From Flavobacteriales bacterium (GTDB taxonomy: Bacteria; Bacteroidota; Bacteroidia; Flavobacteriales; BACL11): 64,000 nt of DNA. Below are positions 46,492-56,186 of this stretch, in pieces; position 1 is the first letter of the stretch; each line of letters opens with the position of its first letter. Made by a program: the position numbers and the translations under genes. Under the pieces are notes generated by a model that saw nothing but the letters and a program-made list of their open reading frames with translations, ran no database searches and was not told the DNA's origin. The DNA lies in the NCBI GenBank assembly GCA_018645865.1, contig JABGVU010000064.1, positions 13,471-77,470 of the forward strand, written 5' to 3'.

Positions 46492-48023
46492 GCCAAATGC
46501 TTAGTAATACTTGCTTTTTCAGCAATTAGAGTATGTAGTTTCTCTACTGAAATTCTTTCTTGTTTCATAGTATCTCTATCTCGTAAAGTAACCGTATTAT
46601 CTTCTAAAGTTTGATGGTCAACCGTAATACAGAAAGGAGTCCCAATCGCATCTTGTCTTCTATATCTTTTTCCAATAGAATCCTTTTCTTCATACTGGCA
46701 ATTGAAATCAATCTGTAACATTTTCATTATTTCTCTTGCTTTTTCTGGCATTCCATCTTTTTTGGTAAGCGGTAAGATGGCTGCTTTTAGTGGAGCTAAA
46801 ACTGCAGGGATTTTAAGAACAACTCTGCTCTCTCCATTCTCTAATTCTTCTTCACGGAAAGAATTACTTAATACAGCAAGGAACATTCTGTCTAAACCAA
46901 TAGATGTTTCTACTACATACGGCACATAGCTTTCCCCTAATTCAGGATCAAAATATTGTAATTTTTTCCCAGAATATTCTTGATGTGCTTTCAAATCAAA
47001 ATCCGTACGAGAATGAATACCTTCTAATTCTTTAAATCCGAATGGAAATTTAAATTCAATATCAGTAGCAGCATTAGCATAATGCGCTAAATTTTCATGA
47101 TCATGGAAACGATAATTATCTTCTCCCATTCCTAATGAATTATGCCATTTCATTCGGAAATCTTTCCAATAAGCATACCATTTCATTTCTTCTCCTGGAC
47201 GAACAAAAAATTGCATTTCCATTTGTTCAAACTCACGCATTCTGAAAATAAACTGACGGGCTACAATTTCATTTCTGAAGGCTTTCCCAATTTGAGCAAT
47301 GCCAAAAGGAATTTTCATTCGAGCAGTTTTTTGTACATTCAAAAAGTTTAGAAAGATACCTTGTGCAGTTTCTGGACGTAAATACAAATCAGAAGAATCA
47401 GCAGCAGGAGCTCTCATTTGTGTTTTAAACATCAAGTTAAACTGACGAACATCCGTCCAGTTATTAGTCCCTGAAATAGGACATTTTATGTCTAATTCTT
47501 CAATTAATGCTTTTACTTTTTCCAGATTACCTAAAGAAAGAGAAATATTCATTTTTTCATTAATAGCATCAATTTTTTTTTGTCTATCTAAAATCCTTCC
47601 ATTGGTAGTAAGAAATTCTTCTTTGTTAAAAGCATCCCCAAAACGCTTTTCAGCTTTTAAAACATCTTTATCAATTTTAGCCTCTATCTTAGCAATATGA
47701 TCTTCTATTAATACATCAGCACGATATCTTTTCTTAGAATCCTTATTGTCAACTAAAGGGTCATTAAAAGCATCTATATGACCGGAAGCTTTCCAAGTAG
47801 TAGGATGCATAAAAATAGAAGAATCTAGTCCCACAATATTTTCGTGCATATTTACCATTGATTTCCACCAATAATTTTTGATATTATTTTTAAGCTCTAC
47901 TCCATTAGGGCCGTAATCGTAAGCAGCCGATAAACCATCATAAATCTCAGAGGATTGAAATACATAGCCATACTCTTTTGCATGGGAAACAACTTTTTTA
48001 AATATATCTTCATAATTTGACAT
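46488..48023 (-). CDS. glyQS: glycine--tRNA ligase (homodimeric class II type)
   Basis: Conserved from MSNYEDIFKKVVSHAKEYGYVFQSSEIYDG onward. Start trimmed to 48023, because the longer ORF (to 48173) overlaps the divergent gene and adds non-conserved sequence. Confidence 0.95.
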   Translation of the reverse strand: MSNYEDIFKKVVSHAKEYGYVFQSSEIYDGLSAAYDYGPNGVELKNNIKNYWWKSMVNMHENIVGLDSSIFMHPTTWKASGHIDAFNDPLVDNKDSKKRYRADVLIEDHIAKIEAKIDKDVLKAEKRFGDAFNKEEFLTTNGRILDRQKKIDAINEKMNISLSLGNLEKVKALIEELDIKCPISGTNNWTDVRQFNLMFKTQMRAPAADSSDLYLRPETAQGIFLNFLNVQKTARMKIPFGIAQIGKAFRNEIVARQFIFRMREFEQMEMQFFVRPGEEMKWYAYWKDFRMKWHNSLGMGEDNYRFHDHENLAHYANAATDIEFKFPFGFKELEGIHSRTDFDLKAHQEYSGKKLQYFDPELGESYVPYVVETSIGLDRMFLAVLSNSFREEELENGESRVVLKIPAVLAPLKAAILPLTKKDGMPEKAREIMKMLQIDFNCQYEEKDSIGKRYRRQDAIGTPFCITVDHQTLEDNTVTLRDRDTMKQERISVEKLHTLIAEKASITKHLA

Positions 48024-48027
48024 GGCA

Positions 48028-48035
48028 CAAAAATA
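48028..48035 (-). promoter_or_regulatory. -7 box TATTTTTG on the minus strand, 4 nt from the glycyl-tRNA synthetase ATG
   Basis: Plus-strand caaaaata. Candidate leaderless arrangement. Confidence 0.4.
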
Positions 48036-48046
48036 GTAATTTATTG

Positions 48047-48054
48047 TAGTTTTG
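48047..48054 (+). promoter_or_regulatory. -7 box TAGTTTTG(C), 4 nt from the ATG at 48059
   Basis: Exact TAnnTTTG match in the 35-nt divergent gap. Candidate leaderless arrangement. Confidence 0.4.
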
Positions 48055-48058
48055 CTTG

Positions 48059-48625
48059 ATGATTCAAGTGCAGGATAAAATAATTTCTTTGGATGTTTTT
48101 GAAAAACATTTTGTGTGCGATTTAAACGCTTGTAAAGGGGCCTGTTGTGTGGAAGGTGATTCTGGAGCACCATTATTAAAAGATGAGGAAAAGATGCTAA
48201 ATGAGATTTATGAGAAAGTAAAACTCTACATGAGAAATGAAGGAATTATTGAGATTGAAAATCAGGGAGTTGCAGTATATGATGCAGATGGCGATTTGAT
48301 TACTCCACTTGTAAATAATAAGGAATGTGCTTTTGTAATTTTTGAAAATGGAATTACAAAATGTGCTATTGAAAAAACATATTTAGATGGAAAAACAGAT
48401 TTTAAAAAACCAATTTCGTGTCATTTATTTCCAATACGTATAAAAGAATACCGTGATTTTGATGCGGTAAATTATGAGGAAATTAAAATTTGTGAGCCTG
48501 CTTGCAAATGTGGGAGTGAATTAGAGGTTCCGCTTTACGTTTTTTTGAAAGAACCACTTATTCGTAAATATGGTGAGGATTGGTACAAGGAATTGTTAGA
48601 TGTGGCTAAAACGATAAGCAAATAA
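48059..48625 (+). CDS. DUF3109-like Cys-rich protein
   Basis: 188 aa. N-terminal FVCDLNACKGACCVEGDSGAP Cys cluster and C-terminal CEPACKCG. Family name recalled. Confidence 0.65.
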   Translation: MIQVQDKIISLDVFEKHFVCDLNACKGACCVEGDSGAPLLKDEEKMLNEIYEKVKLYMRNEGIIEIENQGVAVYDADGDLITPLVNNKECAFVIFENGITKCAIEKTYLDGKTDFKKPISCHLFPIRIKEYRDFDAVNYEEIKICEPACKCGSELEVPLYVFLKEPLIRKYGEDWYKELLDVAKTISK

Positions 48626-48658
48626 AAAACGGACCCCTAAAGCCAGTTTTTATAATTT

Positions 48659-48934
48659 CTATTTTTTCAAATATTTCCAATCTACATAAAAAGTGCCAAA
48701 GGGTAGGATAGAGGCTAGTAATACAATTCCTAAATCCTTAATTTCCCAATTCTCATTTTCTTTAATTAGAAATGCGAATACTATATAGCTGACAAATAAA
48801 ATTCCGTGTGGCATTCCTAGGAATTTCACATAAGTTGGGTCACCTAATTGGTATTTGAAATACAAACCAACTGTCATTAACAGGATATAAGATACTCCTT
48901 CTAAAAATGCAATAATTCTAAATGTATTTTTCAT
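48659..48934 (-). CDS. small integral membrane protein, DUF3817-like
   Basis: About 91 aa, 3 TM helices (FRIIAFLEGVSYILLM...GMPHGILFVSY...PFGTFYVD). Start trimmed to the ATG at 48934, 4 nt after the upstream stop. Confidence 0.65.
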   Translation of the reverse strand: MKNTFRIIAFLEGVSYILLMTVGLYFKYQLGDPTYVKFLGMPHGILFVSYIVFAFLIKENENWEIKDLGIVLLASILPFGTFYVDWKYLKK

Positions 48935-48938
48935 TAAC

Positions 48939-50117
48939 TTATTTAAAAGCATTCTCTCCCGTAATATCCATCCCTGTAATCAACAAGTGAATATCGTGTG
49001 TTCCCTCATAAGTAACTACTGATTCTAAATTCATCATATGTCTCATGATTGAATATTCTCCTGTAATGCCCATAGCTCCTAAAATTTGTCTTGCTTCACG
49101 AGCGATATTAAGAGCCATTTCAACGTTGTTACGTTTACACATGGAAATTTGTGCCGTAGTTGCCCTGCCTTCATTTTTAAGCACTCCTAAACGCCAAGTT
49201 AATAATTGTGCCTTTGTGATTTCAGTAATCATTTCTGCCAATTTCTTTTGTTGTAATTGAAAAGACGCAATTGGTTTTCCAAACTGAATTCTTTGTTTTG
49301 CATATCTTAATGCAGTATCATAACAATCCATTGCTGTACCAATTGTCCCCCAAGCAATTCCGTATCTTGCAGAATCTAAACACCCTAATGGAGCTCCTAA
49401 TCCATCCTTATTTGGTAAAATATTATCTTTAGGGATTTTTACATTATCAAATACTAATTCTCCTGTCGCTGAAGCTCTTAAACTCCATTTATTATGTGTT
49501 TCAGGAGTTGTAAATCCTTTCATTTCTCTTTCTACTAGTACACCTTTAATTCTTCCTTCTTCATTTTTCGCCCACACTACAGCAACATGAGCAAAAGGAG
49601 CGTTTGAAATCCACATTTTAGCACCATTTAATATATAATGGTCACCCATATCTTTTATATTGGTTACCATTCCTCCAGGATTTGATCCATGGTCTGGCTC
49701 AGTAAGACCGAAACAACCAATAACTTCCCCAGTTGCTAATTTTGGTAAAAACCTCATTTTTTGTTCTTCACTTCCGTATTTCCAAATTGGGTACATTACT
49801 AAGGAAGATTGCACAGATGAAGTAGAACGAATCCCACTATCTCCTCTTTCTAATTCTTGCATTATTAGTCCGTAAGAAATTTGGTCAAGCCCAGCACCAC
49901 CATATTCTACTGGAATGTAGGGTCCAAAACCACCAATTTCACCTAGGCCTTTTATAATTTGTTTTGGAAATTCAGCTTTCTGACATGCCTCTTCAATAAT
50001 TGGAGAAACTTCTCTTTTTACCCAATCTCTAGCGGAATCTCTAATTAATTTATGCTCTTCTGTCAGGAGTTCATCCATTTGAAAGTAATCAGGAGCTTGG
50101 TATAAATCTTGTGACAT
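48939..50117 (-). CDS. acyl-CoA dehydrogenase, glutaryl-CoA dehydrogenase-like
   Basis: 392 aa. CFGLTEPDHGSNPGGM, conserved ACAD N/M/C domains, C-terminal YEGTHDIH. Confidence 0.9.
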   Translation of the reverse strand: MSQDLYQAPDYFQMDELLTEEHKLIRDSARDWVKREVSPIIEEACQKAEFPKQIIKGLGEIGGFGPYIPVEYGGAGLDQISYGLIMQELERGDSGIRSTSSVQSSLVMYPIWKYGSEEQKMRFLPKLATGEVIGCFGLTEPDHGSNPGGMVTNIKDMGDHYILNGAKMWISNAPFAHVAVVWAKNEEGRIKGVLVEREMKGFTTPETHNKWSLRASATGELVFDNVKIPKDNILPNKDGLGAPLGCLDSARYGIAWGTIGTAMDCYDTALRYAKQRIQFGKPIASFQLQQKKLAEMITEITKAQLLTWRLGVLKNEGRATTAQISMCKRNNVEMALNIAREARQILGAMGITGEYSIMRHMMNLESVVTYEGTHDIHLLITGMDITGENAFK

Positions 50118-50136
50118 AATGTTATTAAATTTTTGA

Positions 50137-50144
50137 CAAAAGTA
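50137..50144 (-). promoter_or_regulatory. -7 box TACTTTTG on the minus strand upstream of the acyl-CoA dehydrogenase gene
   Basis: Plus-strand caaaagta, 19 nt upstream of the start at 50117. Confidence 0.45.
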
Positions 50145-50179
50145 TATATTTTATAGCTAAAAAATGAGTTCTTAAAAGG

Positions 50180-50187
50180 TATATTTG
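50180..50187 (+). promoter_or_regulatory. -7 box TATATTTG(C) upstream of the DUF4271-like gene
   Basis: Exact match, 20 nt before the ATG at 50208. Confidence 0.5.
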
Positions 50188-50207
50188 CATTCGGAATAAT
50201 AACACTA

Positions 50208-50849
50208 ATGATTGCATTAATAAAAACCATTTTTAATCAGGATATAATATTTGTATTACTTACAATTTCATTTTTGTTAATTGCAATGTTAAAGTCGTTA
50301 TATTGGAAGCATGCAAAACTTCTTTTTATGGGAATTTTCGCTCAACGCTACGCTAACCAGTATTTAAAGGAAGAAAATGCTTTTACTGAAAGAGTGAATC
50401 TCATTACCTTTTTATTAATGTCAATTAATATTTCACTTATTATTCTAAAACTAATTCCTAAAACTTCAATTTTAGAAACTTTTAGTTTAATTGGTGCGGT
50501 GATGCTATTTTTTATAATTAAAATCGGATTAATACTTTTGTTAGGTAGTATCTTCCAAGTAAAAGATATTGCAAAGTTAGGCATCTTTTTTTCTTTTCTT
50601 TTTGACAGATCTCTTGGTTTTTTTCTTTTTCCGTTATTAATATTACTCTATTTTTTTGCATTTAACATTACCCATTTTGTTATGCTAATAGTTGCTATTG
50701 TTTTTATAGTTCTGTTATTACTAAAGTTATTTTGGCTTTGGAAGATAGGAACAAATGCTTTTGGATTTTCTCCCTTATATATTTTTTTGTATCTTTGCAT
50801 GCTCGAAATTTCTCCACTCCTATTGCTAGGAAAAGGAGTTGTTTATTAA
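50208..50849 (+). CDS. polytopic membrane protein, DUF4271-like
   Basis: 213 aa, about 6 TM helices. Family name recalled from a conserved pairing with a HemD-like gene in Flavobacteriia. Confidence 0.55.
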   Translation: MIALIKTIFNQDIIFVLLTISFLLIAMLKSLYWKHAKLLFMGIFAQRYANQYLKEENAFTERVNLITFLLMSINISLIILKLIPKTSILETFSLIGAVMLFFIIKIGLILLLGSIFQVKDIAKLGIFFSFLFDRSLGFFLFPLLILLYFFAFNITHFVMLIVAIVFIVLLLLKLFWLWKIGTNAFGFSPLYIFLYLCMLEISPLLLLGKGVVY

Positions 50850-50864
50850 TCTTAAGGCATAGGA

Positions 50865-51629
50865 ATGATAGAAAAAATGAAGAAAGTAAAGTCAATATTA
50901 ATTTCACAACCAAAACCTGAAGGGAAATCTCCATATGCAGCTATTGAGCTAAAGCATAAATTAAAGATTGATTATAGGCCTTTTATGCATGTTGAGGAAA
51001 TTTCGGCAAAAGACTTCAGAGAACAAAGAATTTCTATTTTGAATCATGACGCAGTAATTTTTACTTCAAAAAATGCTATGGATCATTATTTTGGAATGAT
51101 GGAGAAATTGAGATTAAGAATTCCTGATTTTACAAAATACTTTTGTGTTTCTGAAGCTATTGCACATTACTTACAAAACTTTATAACTTACCGTAAGCGT
51201 AAAGTATTTACAGGAGAGCAAACTTTATCGAGTTTAATTCCTATCATGCAAAAGCAAAAGAATTCAAAGTTTTTATTTCCTTGTTCAGATGTGCTTAAAA
51301 AACAGATGAATAAATCATTAGAGGAAAGCGGGTTGGAATACACAAAAGCACAAATGTATAAAGTGGCATGTTCTGATTTATCTGATTTAAATGATGTTAA
51401 ATATGATGTTCTTGTATTTTTCAGCCCAACTGGAATTAAATCTCTTTTAGAGAACTTTCCTGAATTTGTACAAGGTGAAACTCGATTGGCTGTTTTTGGA
51501 CCAACAACCATTAAGTCGGTTGAAGACAATGGATTAAGAGTTGATATTGCAGCTCCAAATAAAAAGGCCCCTTCAATGTCAATGGCTTTAGATCAATATG
51601 TTAAAGAAGCAAATAAAAGAAAAAGGTAA
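50865..51629 (+). CDS. uroporphyrinogen-III synthase (HemD/HEM4) family protein
   Basis: 254 aa. SILISQPKPE...SPY N-terminus and two-lobed length typical of Bacteroidota HemD-like proteins. Similarity is modest. Confidence 0.6.
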   Translation: MIEKMKKVKSILISQPKPEGKSPYAAIELKHKLKIDYRPFMHVEEISAKDFREQRISILNHDAVIFTSKNAMDHYFGMMEKLRLRIPDFTKYFCVSEAIAHYLQNFITYRKRKVFTGEQTLSSLIPIMQKQKNSKFLFPCSDVLKKQMNKSLEESGLEYTKAQMYKVACSDLSDLNDVKYDVLVFFSPTGIKSLLENFPEFVQGETRLAVFGPTTIKSVEDNGLRVDIAAPNKKAPSMSMALDQYVKEANKRKR

Positions 51630-51650
51630 TTTCTTTTTCAAAAAACAATT

Positions 51651-51675
51651 AAAGGAGCTTTCGAGCTCCTTTTTT
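51651..51675 (+). terminator. Rho-independent terminator after the hemD-like gene
   Basis: aaaggagct-ttcg-agctccttt followed by further T (T6 run at 51670-51675). Perfect 9-bp stem with a UUCG tetraloop. Confidence 0.88.
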
Positions 51676-51688
51676 GTAATTTTATCAT

Positions 51689-52063
51689 ATGTTTGAATTT
51701 CCAAAAAAACAAAAGTTGTGCAGTGAAACTGCTATCAAAGAGATGTTTTCTAACGGAAAATCATTTACAACATCTACTGTTCGTTTAGTTTGGAAAGAGG
51801 TTAATAATGAAGATGAAGTGACTGTTAAATCAATTATTGTCGTTCCTAAGAAAAAGATAAGACTAGCCGTAAAAAGAAACATTATTAGTAGAAGAATGAA
51901 GGAGGCTTATAGGTTGAATAAAGTTGAATTGGAAAACATGTTGAAAGGCAAAAAATTGCAGTTAAGTATTGCTATGATTTATCAAAAAGAATATATATTG
52001 CCATATAAAACTATGGAAGAAGAAATAAATTTAATTTTAGAGCGTTTAAGTAAAGAGATATGA
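51689..52063 (+). CDS. rnpA: ribonuclease P protein component
   Basis: 124 aa, basic, with the RNase P protein pattern ([15 protein letters not shown]...[16 protein letters not shown]). Followed by yidD with an ATGA overlap. Confidence 0.88.
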   Translation: MFEFPKKQKLCSETAIKEMFSNGKSFTTSTVRLVWKEVNNEDEVTVKSIIVVPKKKIRLAVKRNIISRRMKEAYRLNKVELENMLKGKKLQLSIAMIYQKEYILPYKTMEEEINLILERLSKEI

Positions 52064-52281
52064 GTATTATTTTTTCTTTTCTTTTTCGGACGATAATTAT
52101 CTTATACCAAAAGACACTCTCGCCTTTATTGCCCCCAAGATGTAGATATACGCCAACTTGTTCGGCCTATGGATTGGAAGCAATAATAAAATATGGGCCT
52201 TGGAAAGGTGGGAAACTAACTTTACAAAGAATATTAAATTGTCATCCTTGGGGTGGAAATGGGCATGACCCTGTTCAGTAA
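52060..52281 (+). CDS. yidD: membrane protein insertion efficiency factor YidD
   Basis: 73 aa. [27 protein letters not shown]...[12 protein letters not shown] is the YidD signature. Confidence 0.95.
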   Translation: MSIIFSFLFRTIIILYQKTLSPLLPPRCRYTPTCSAYGLEAIIKYGPWKGGKLTLQRILNCHPWGGNGHDPVQ

Positions 52282-52291
52282 AACACAAAAT

Positions 52292-53938
52292 ATGAAGAAA
52301 AGATTTAAACTTATAATTTTAGCATTTGTACTAGTCGTTACATCAGTTGTTTCAATAGGATTTACTGATAATTACTTTGAGATTGCAAAAAATCTTGATA
52401 TTTTTACTACCCTATATAAAGAGTTAAATACTTTTTATGTAGATGAAACTGATCCTGGAAAATTAATGAAAGAAGGGATTGATAAGATGTTAAAATCTCT
52501 AGACCCTTACACTACCTATATTCCAGAATCCGATATTGAGGATTTCCGTTTTATGACGACAGGACAATATGGAGGTATAGGAGCAATAATTACAAAAAGA
52601 AAAGATTATGTGTATGTGAGTGAGCCTTATGAGGGATTCCCAGCACAGAAAGCTGGACTTATGGCTGGGGATAAAATCCTTGAGATTAATGAGAAAACAG
52701 CTAAAGGAAAAACCACTGAAGAAGTAAGTAAAGTATTAAAAGGACAACCAAATACTTCTGTAACTTTATTGATTGAACGTAAAAACCTTGAAAAACCATT
52801 TGAAGTTACTTTTGATAGAGAAAAAGTATCTGTAAAAAGCGTGCCTTATTCTGCTTATATTGAAGGTGGAATTGGTTATGTAAAGCTAAGAAGCTTTACT
52901 AGAAATTGCAGTAAGGATATTAAAAATGCAATAGAGGAATTAAAAGCAGAAGGAGAGTTAAAAGGGTTAATTCTAGATTTAAGAAGTAACCCAGGTGGAC
53001 TTCTAAATGAATCAGTTGAGATAGTTAATCTTTTTGTAGAAAAAGGAGAGAAGATAGTGAGTACAAAAGGAAAAATTAAATCTTGGGAAAAATCATACAT
53101 TGCAAGTAATAAACCATTAGACACTGATGTCCCTTTAGTCGTGTTAATTAATTCATCATCTGCTTCAGCTTCTGAGATTGTTTCAGGGGCAATTCAAGAT
53201 TTAGATAGAGGAGTGGTAATTGGGCAAAGAAGTTATGGGAAAGGATTGGTCCAACAAACAAGAAAACTATCCTATAATTCTCAGCTAAAACTTACAGTTG
53301 CTAAATATTACATCCCTAGTGGTAGATGTATACAGGCTTTAGATTATTCCAGTAGAAATGAAGATGGAAGTGTTGGGAAAGTTCCTGATTCGCTCATAAT
53401 AGCTTTTCAAACTAAAAATGGAAGAAAAGTGTTTGATGGTGGAGGAATTAATCCTGATATCATTACTGAAATAGGAACGGTAAGTAATATTGTAGTTTCT
53501 CTTTTCAGAGAACATTTATTCTTTGATTATGTTACTGATTTTAGGTTTGAACATGATACTATCCCGGAAAATTTTATTTTCTCAGATGATGAATATAAGC
53601 ATTTTGAACACTATCTTTCAGATAAAGAATATACCTATAAAACAAAAACGGAAGAAGCGTTAGAAAAAGTAAAGAAGAAAGCAATTGATGAAAATTATTT
53701 TGAAGCCTTAAGTGAGGAGTACGAAAACTTATTAGCAGAATTGAAAACCAATAAAGGAGATGATTTGTTTACCAATAAACAAGACATAAAGGAAATATTG
53801 ACAGGTGAGATTGCAAGTCGTTATTTTTATCAAGAAGGAAGAATAAAATCAGCTTTAAATTTTGACTCGGAACTTAAAAAAGCAATTGAAGTTTTACAAA
53901 ATCAAGCAGAGTATAATAATATTTTAGGCAACGAATAA
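52292..53938 (+). CDS. S41 family C-terminal processing peptidase with PDZ domain
   Basis: Start trimmed to MKKRFKLIILAF (signal/TM). PDZ region (GFPAQKAGLMAGDKILEIN) and S41 catalytic region (INSSSASASEIVSGAIQD...SYGKGLVQ). Confidence 0.92.
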   Translation: MKKRFKLIILAFVLVVTSVVSIGFTDNYFEIAKNLDIFTTLYKELNTFYVDETDPGKLMKEGIDKMLKSLDPYTTYIPESDIEDFRFMTTGQYGGIGAIITKRKDYVYVSEPYEGFPAQKAGLMAGDKILEINEKTAKGKTTEEVSKVLKGQPNTSVTLLIERKNLEKPFEVTFDREKVSVKSVPYSAYIEGGIGYVKLRSFTRNCSKDIKNAIEELKAEGELKGLILDLRSNPGGLLNESVEIVNLFVEKGEKIVSTKGKIKSWEKSYIASNKPLDTDVPLVVLINSSSASASEIVSGAIQDLDRGVVIGQRSYGKGLVQQTRKLSYNSQLKLTVAKYYIPSGRCIQALDYSSRNEDGSVGKVPDSLIIAFQTKNGRKVFDGGGINPDIITEIGTVSNIVVSLFREHLFFDYVTDFRFEHDTIPENFIFSDDEYKHFEHYLSDKEYTYKTKTEEALEKVKKKAIDENYFEALSEEYENLLAELKTNKGDDLFTNKQDIKEILTGEIASRYFYQEGRIKSALNFDSELKKAIEVLQNQAEYNNILGNE

Positions 53939-53939
53939 A

Positions 53940-55115
53940 TTGATAGGCAGAGTTCAACAATTCCTTTTTATACTATTGGGCGTTTTTATTTCTACTTCCA
54001 TAGCAATAACAAATTTAATTATTGGTTTGTTAGCTCTTTGTTGGATTCTTGAAAGAAATTTTAAAGCTAAATTTGATATTATTAAATCTTCCAAATGGAT
54101 GCTCGCAGTTTTTGCATTAATAGGCTTTTATGCATTAGGGATGCTTTGGGGTGACCAACACTTAAATGCTGATTGGCAATTCCAACGATTAGCTTTATTG
54201 TTTGTCTTTCCTATTTTGATGACTATGAATTTAAAGCAAGAAACAATTAAAAGAGCGGTTTCTGCATTTCTAGGAACAGCTTTTATTTCTGCTTTGGCAG
54301 CCATAGCAATTAATAATGATATTATTTTACCCTTGGGTAATTACTTTTCTTTTATTGAATTAGCTTTTCATAATTCTGCATTTATTAAATATAATTATCA
54401 TAATGTTATTCTTGCGTTTGCAACAACCTTATCATTCTATTTGTTGATTGAAAGAAAGAGCAGGTATACTTATTGGTTGTTGTTATTTATTTTAGTCTAT
54501 GCAATTAGTATTTTTACAGAAAGAGGAAGGGCTGGGCAGGTCATCTTTAATTTGTCGGCAGGTTTTTATATTTTCTATTATAACAGGGAAAACTTATTGA
54601 GACTATGTGGCTTTTTAGTATTACTATTGTCATTTCAGGCTGTAATTTATAATTCTACAAATGTGTATAAACATAGATTTGATGCAGTATCAAATATTAT
54701 TCTAAATAATGGAGATAGACGAGAGGGAAAAATTAAAGATATTCGTTATGTATTTGTTAAAGAGACCTTAAGTAGAATATTAGAAAAACCAATACTTGGT
54801 TACGGAACAGGTAGCTTTGGTGCTATTTTTGATGCAGAAGTGAAGACAGGCCATAATTTTATTAATCATAAAACCCCACACAACCAATATCTTTATGTTT
54901 GGTTTGAATTAGGTATAATAGGTTTAGTATTACTAATATTAATATTCTATCATCAATTAAAAGAATTATTCAGAAAAAAGGATGGCATCCATAGAGTCTT
55001 ACTCCCTTTATCTTTTATGTTTCTGATGCTTGTTGATTCCTACTTTTTTATTTTTATTCTAACCATCTCTTATATATTTTTATATACTATATATAGTAGG
55101 TATCAGCAGGAGTAA
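53940..55115 (+). CDS. O-antigen ligase (Wzy_C) family membrane protein
   Basis: 391 aa, about 10 TM helices, with a periplasmic loop ...ERGRAGQV... and GYGTGSF...H motif typical of O-antigen ligase-like proteins. TTG start. Confidence 0.7.
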   Translation: MIGRVQQFLFILLGVFISTSIAITNLIIGLLALCWILERNFKAKFDIIKSSKWMLAVFALIGFYALGMLWGDQHLNADWQFQRLALLFVFPILMTMNLKQETIKRAVSAFLGTAFISALAAIAINNDIILPLGNYFSFIELAFHNSAFIKYNYHNVILAFATTLSFYLLIERKSRYTYWLLLFILVYAISIFTERGRAGQVIFNLSAGFYIFYYNRENLLRLCGFLVLLLSFQAVIYNSTNVYKHRFDAVSNIILNNGDRREGKIKDIRYVFVKETLSRILEKPILGYGTGSFGAIFDAEVKTGHNFINHKTPHNQYLYVWFELGIIGLVLLILIFYHQLKELFRKKDGIHRVLLPLSFMFLMLVDSYFFIFILTISYIFLYTIYSRYQQE

Positions 55116-56182
55116 ACTCGTTTAATTCGTCTATTTAAACTTGAAAGAATTTCATAAGGAATGGTACTTAGCTTGTTAGCTATTGATGAAATTGTATTCT
55201 CTTCTCCAAAAATAACTACTTCATCACCTGTTTTTGCAGTTATTCCTTTTAGGTTAATCATGCAGGAGTCCATACTAATTTTACCAATAATCGGGCAGGG
55301 TATATTTTGAACTATAATAACTCCATTTTTAACGCTTAATTTTCTGTTTAATCCATCAGCATAACCAAAAGGAATAATCCCAATTATCATATCTTCTTTT
55401 GCAAGAAATGAGGCGTCATAACCAACCTTACTGCCTTTTTTTATGGCTCTTACTTGTGAAAGAACACTTTTAAGAGTGCTTACTTGATGTAGATTGTTGT
55501 CATTATTAACCCCATAGAGCCCTATCCCTAAGCGTACCATTTCATATTCTCTTTTTGGAAAACGCAACACCCCACTTGTATTCAGGATATGCCTGTCAAT
55601 AAATTGATTAACTCCTTTTGAAAATGAACTAGATACTTTTTCAAAAATATGGAATTGTTCGTTTGTAAAACCATCTTCTGTACTATTATCACTTGCGGCT
55701 AAGTGCGAGCAAATACTTTGTATTTTTAGTTTTGGATATCTTTGTAAATCAGCTATAAGTTCATCAACTACACTAGGGTCAAACCCATAACGATTCATAC
55801 CCGTATTGAACTTAATATGTATCCTTATTTCTTTGTCTAATTTCCCGTAAAGGTGGAGTAATTCAAAGTTGTAAATAACAATATCTAGTTTATTTTCAAT
55901 AATTTGCTGCGTACTTTTTGTACCGGAATTTGCAATAATAATTGGGATCTTAACTCCACTTTTTCTTATGCGAGTTCCTTCTTCAAAGTCAGCCACCCAT
56001 AAAGCATGAGCTCCTAACTTTTCTAGGGAATTTGCAATAACTATATCGCCATGCCCGTAAGCGTATGCTTTTACTACTGCAATAATTTTCGTGTCGGAGT
56101 TTAATTTACTTTTTAAATAATTAAAGTTATTAGCTAATTTATTAAGATCTAATTCTAGTATTGTTTCGTGAATTATTTCCAT
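55103..56182 (-). CDS. alr: alanine racemase
   Basis: 359 aa. PLP-lysine motif AVVKAYAYGHG and C-terminal IPYEILSSLNRRIKRVY. Confidence 0.95.
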   Translation of the reverse strand: MEIIHETILELDLNKLANNFNYLKSKLNSDTKIIAVVKAYAYGHGDIVIANSLEKLGAHALWVADFEEGTRIRKSGVKIPIIIANSGTKSTQQIIENKLDIVIYNFELLHLYGKLDKEIRIHIKFNTGMNRYGFDPSVVDELIADLQRYPKLKIQSICSHLAASDNSTEDGFTNEQFHIFEKVSSSFSKGVNQFIDRHILNTSGVLRFPKREYEMVRLGIGLYGVNNDNNLHQVSTLKSVLSQVRAIKKGSKVGYDASFLAKEDMIIGIIPFGYADGLNRKLSVKNGVIIVQNIPCPIIGKISMDSCMINLKGITAKTGDEVVIFGEENTISSIANKLSTIPYEILSSLNRRIKRVYSC

Positions 56183-56186
56183 TTGA

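Noticed and set aside
48024-48173. 50-codon N-terminal extension of the glycyl-tRNA synthetase ORF, overlapping the divergent DUF3109-like gene.
   Set aside because: The conserved GlyRS sequence begins at MSNYEDIF (ATG at 48023). The extension is non-conserved, would erase the intergenic promoter region, and would overlap the neighbouring gene.
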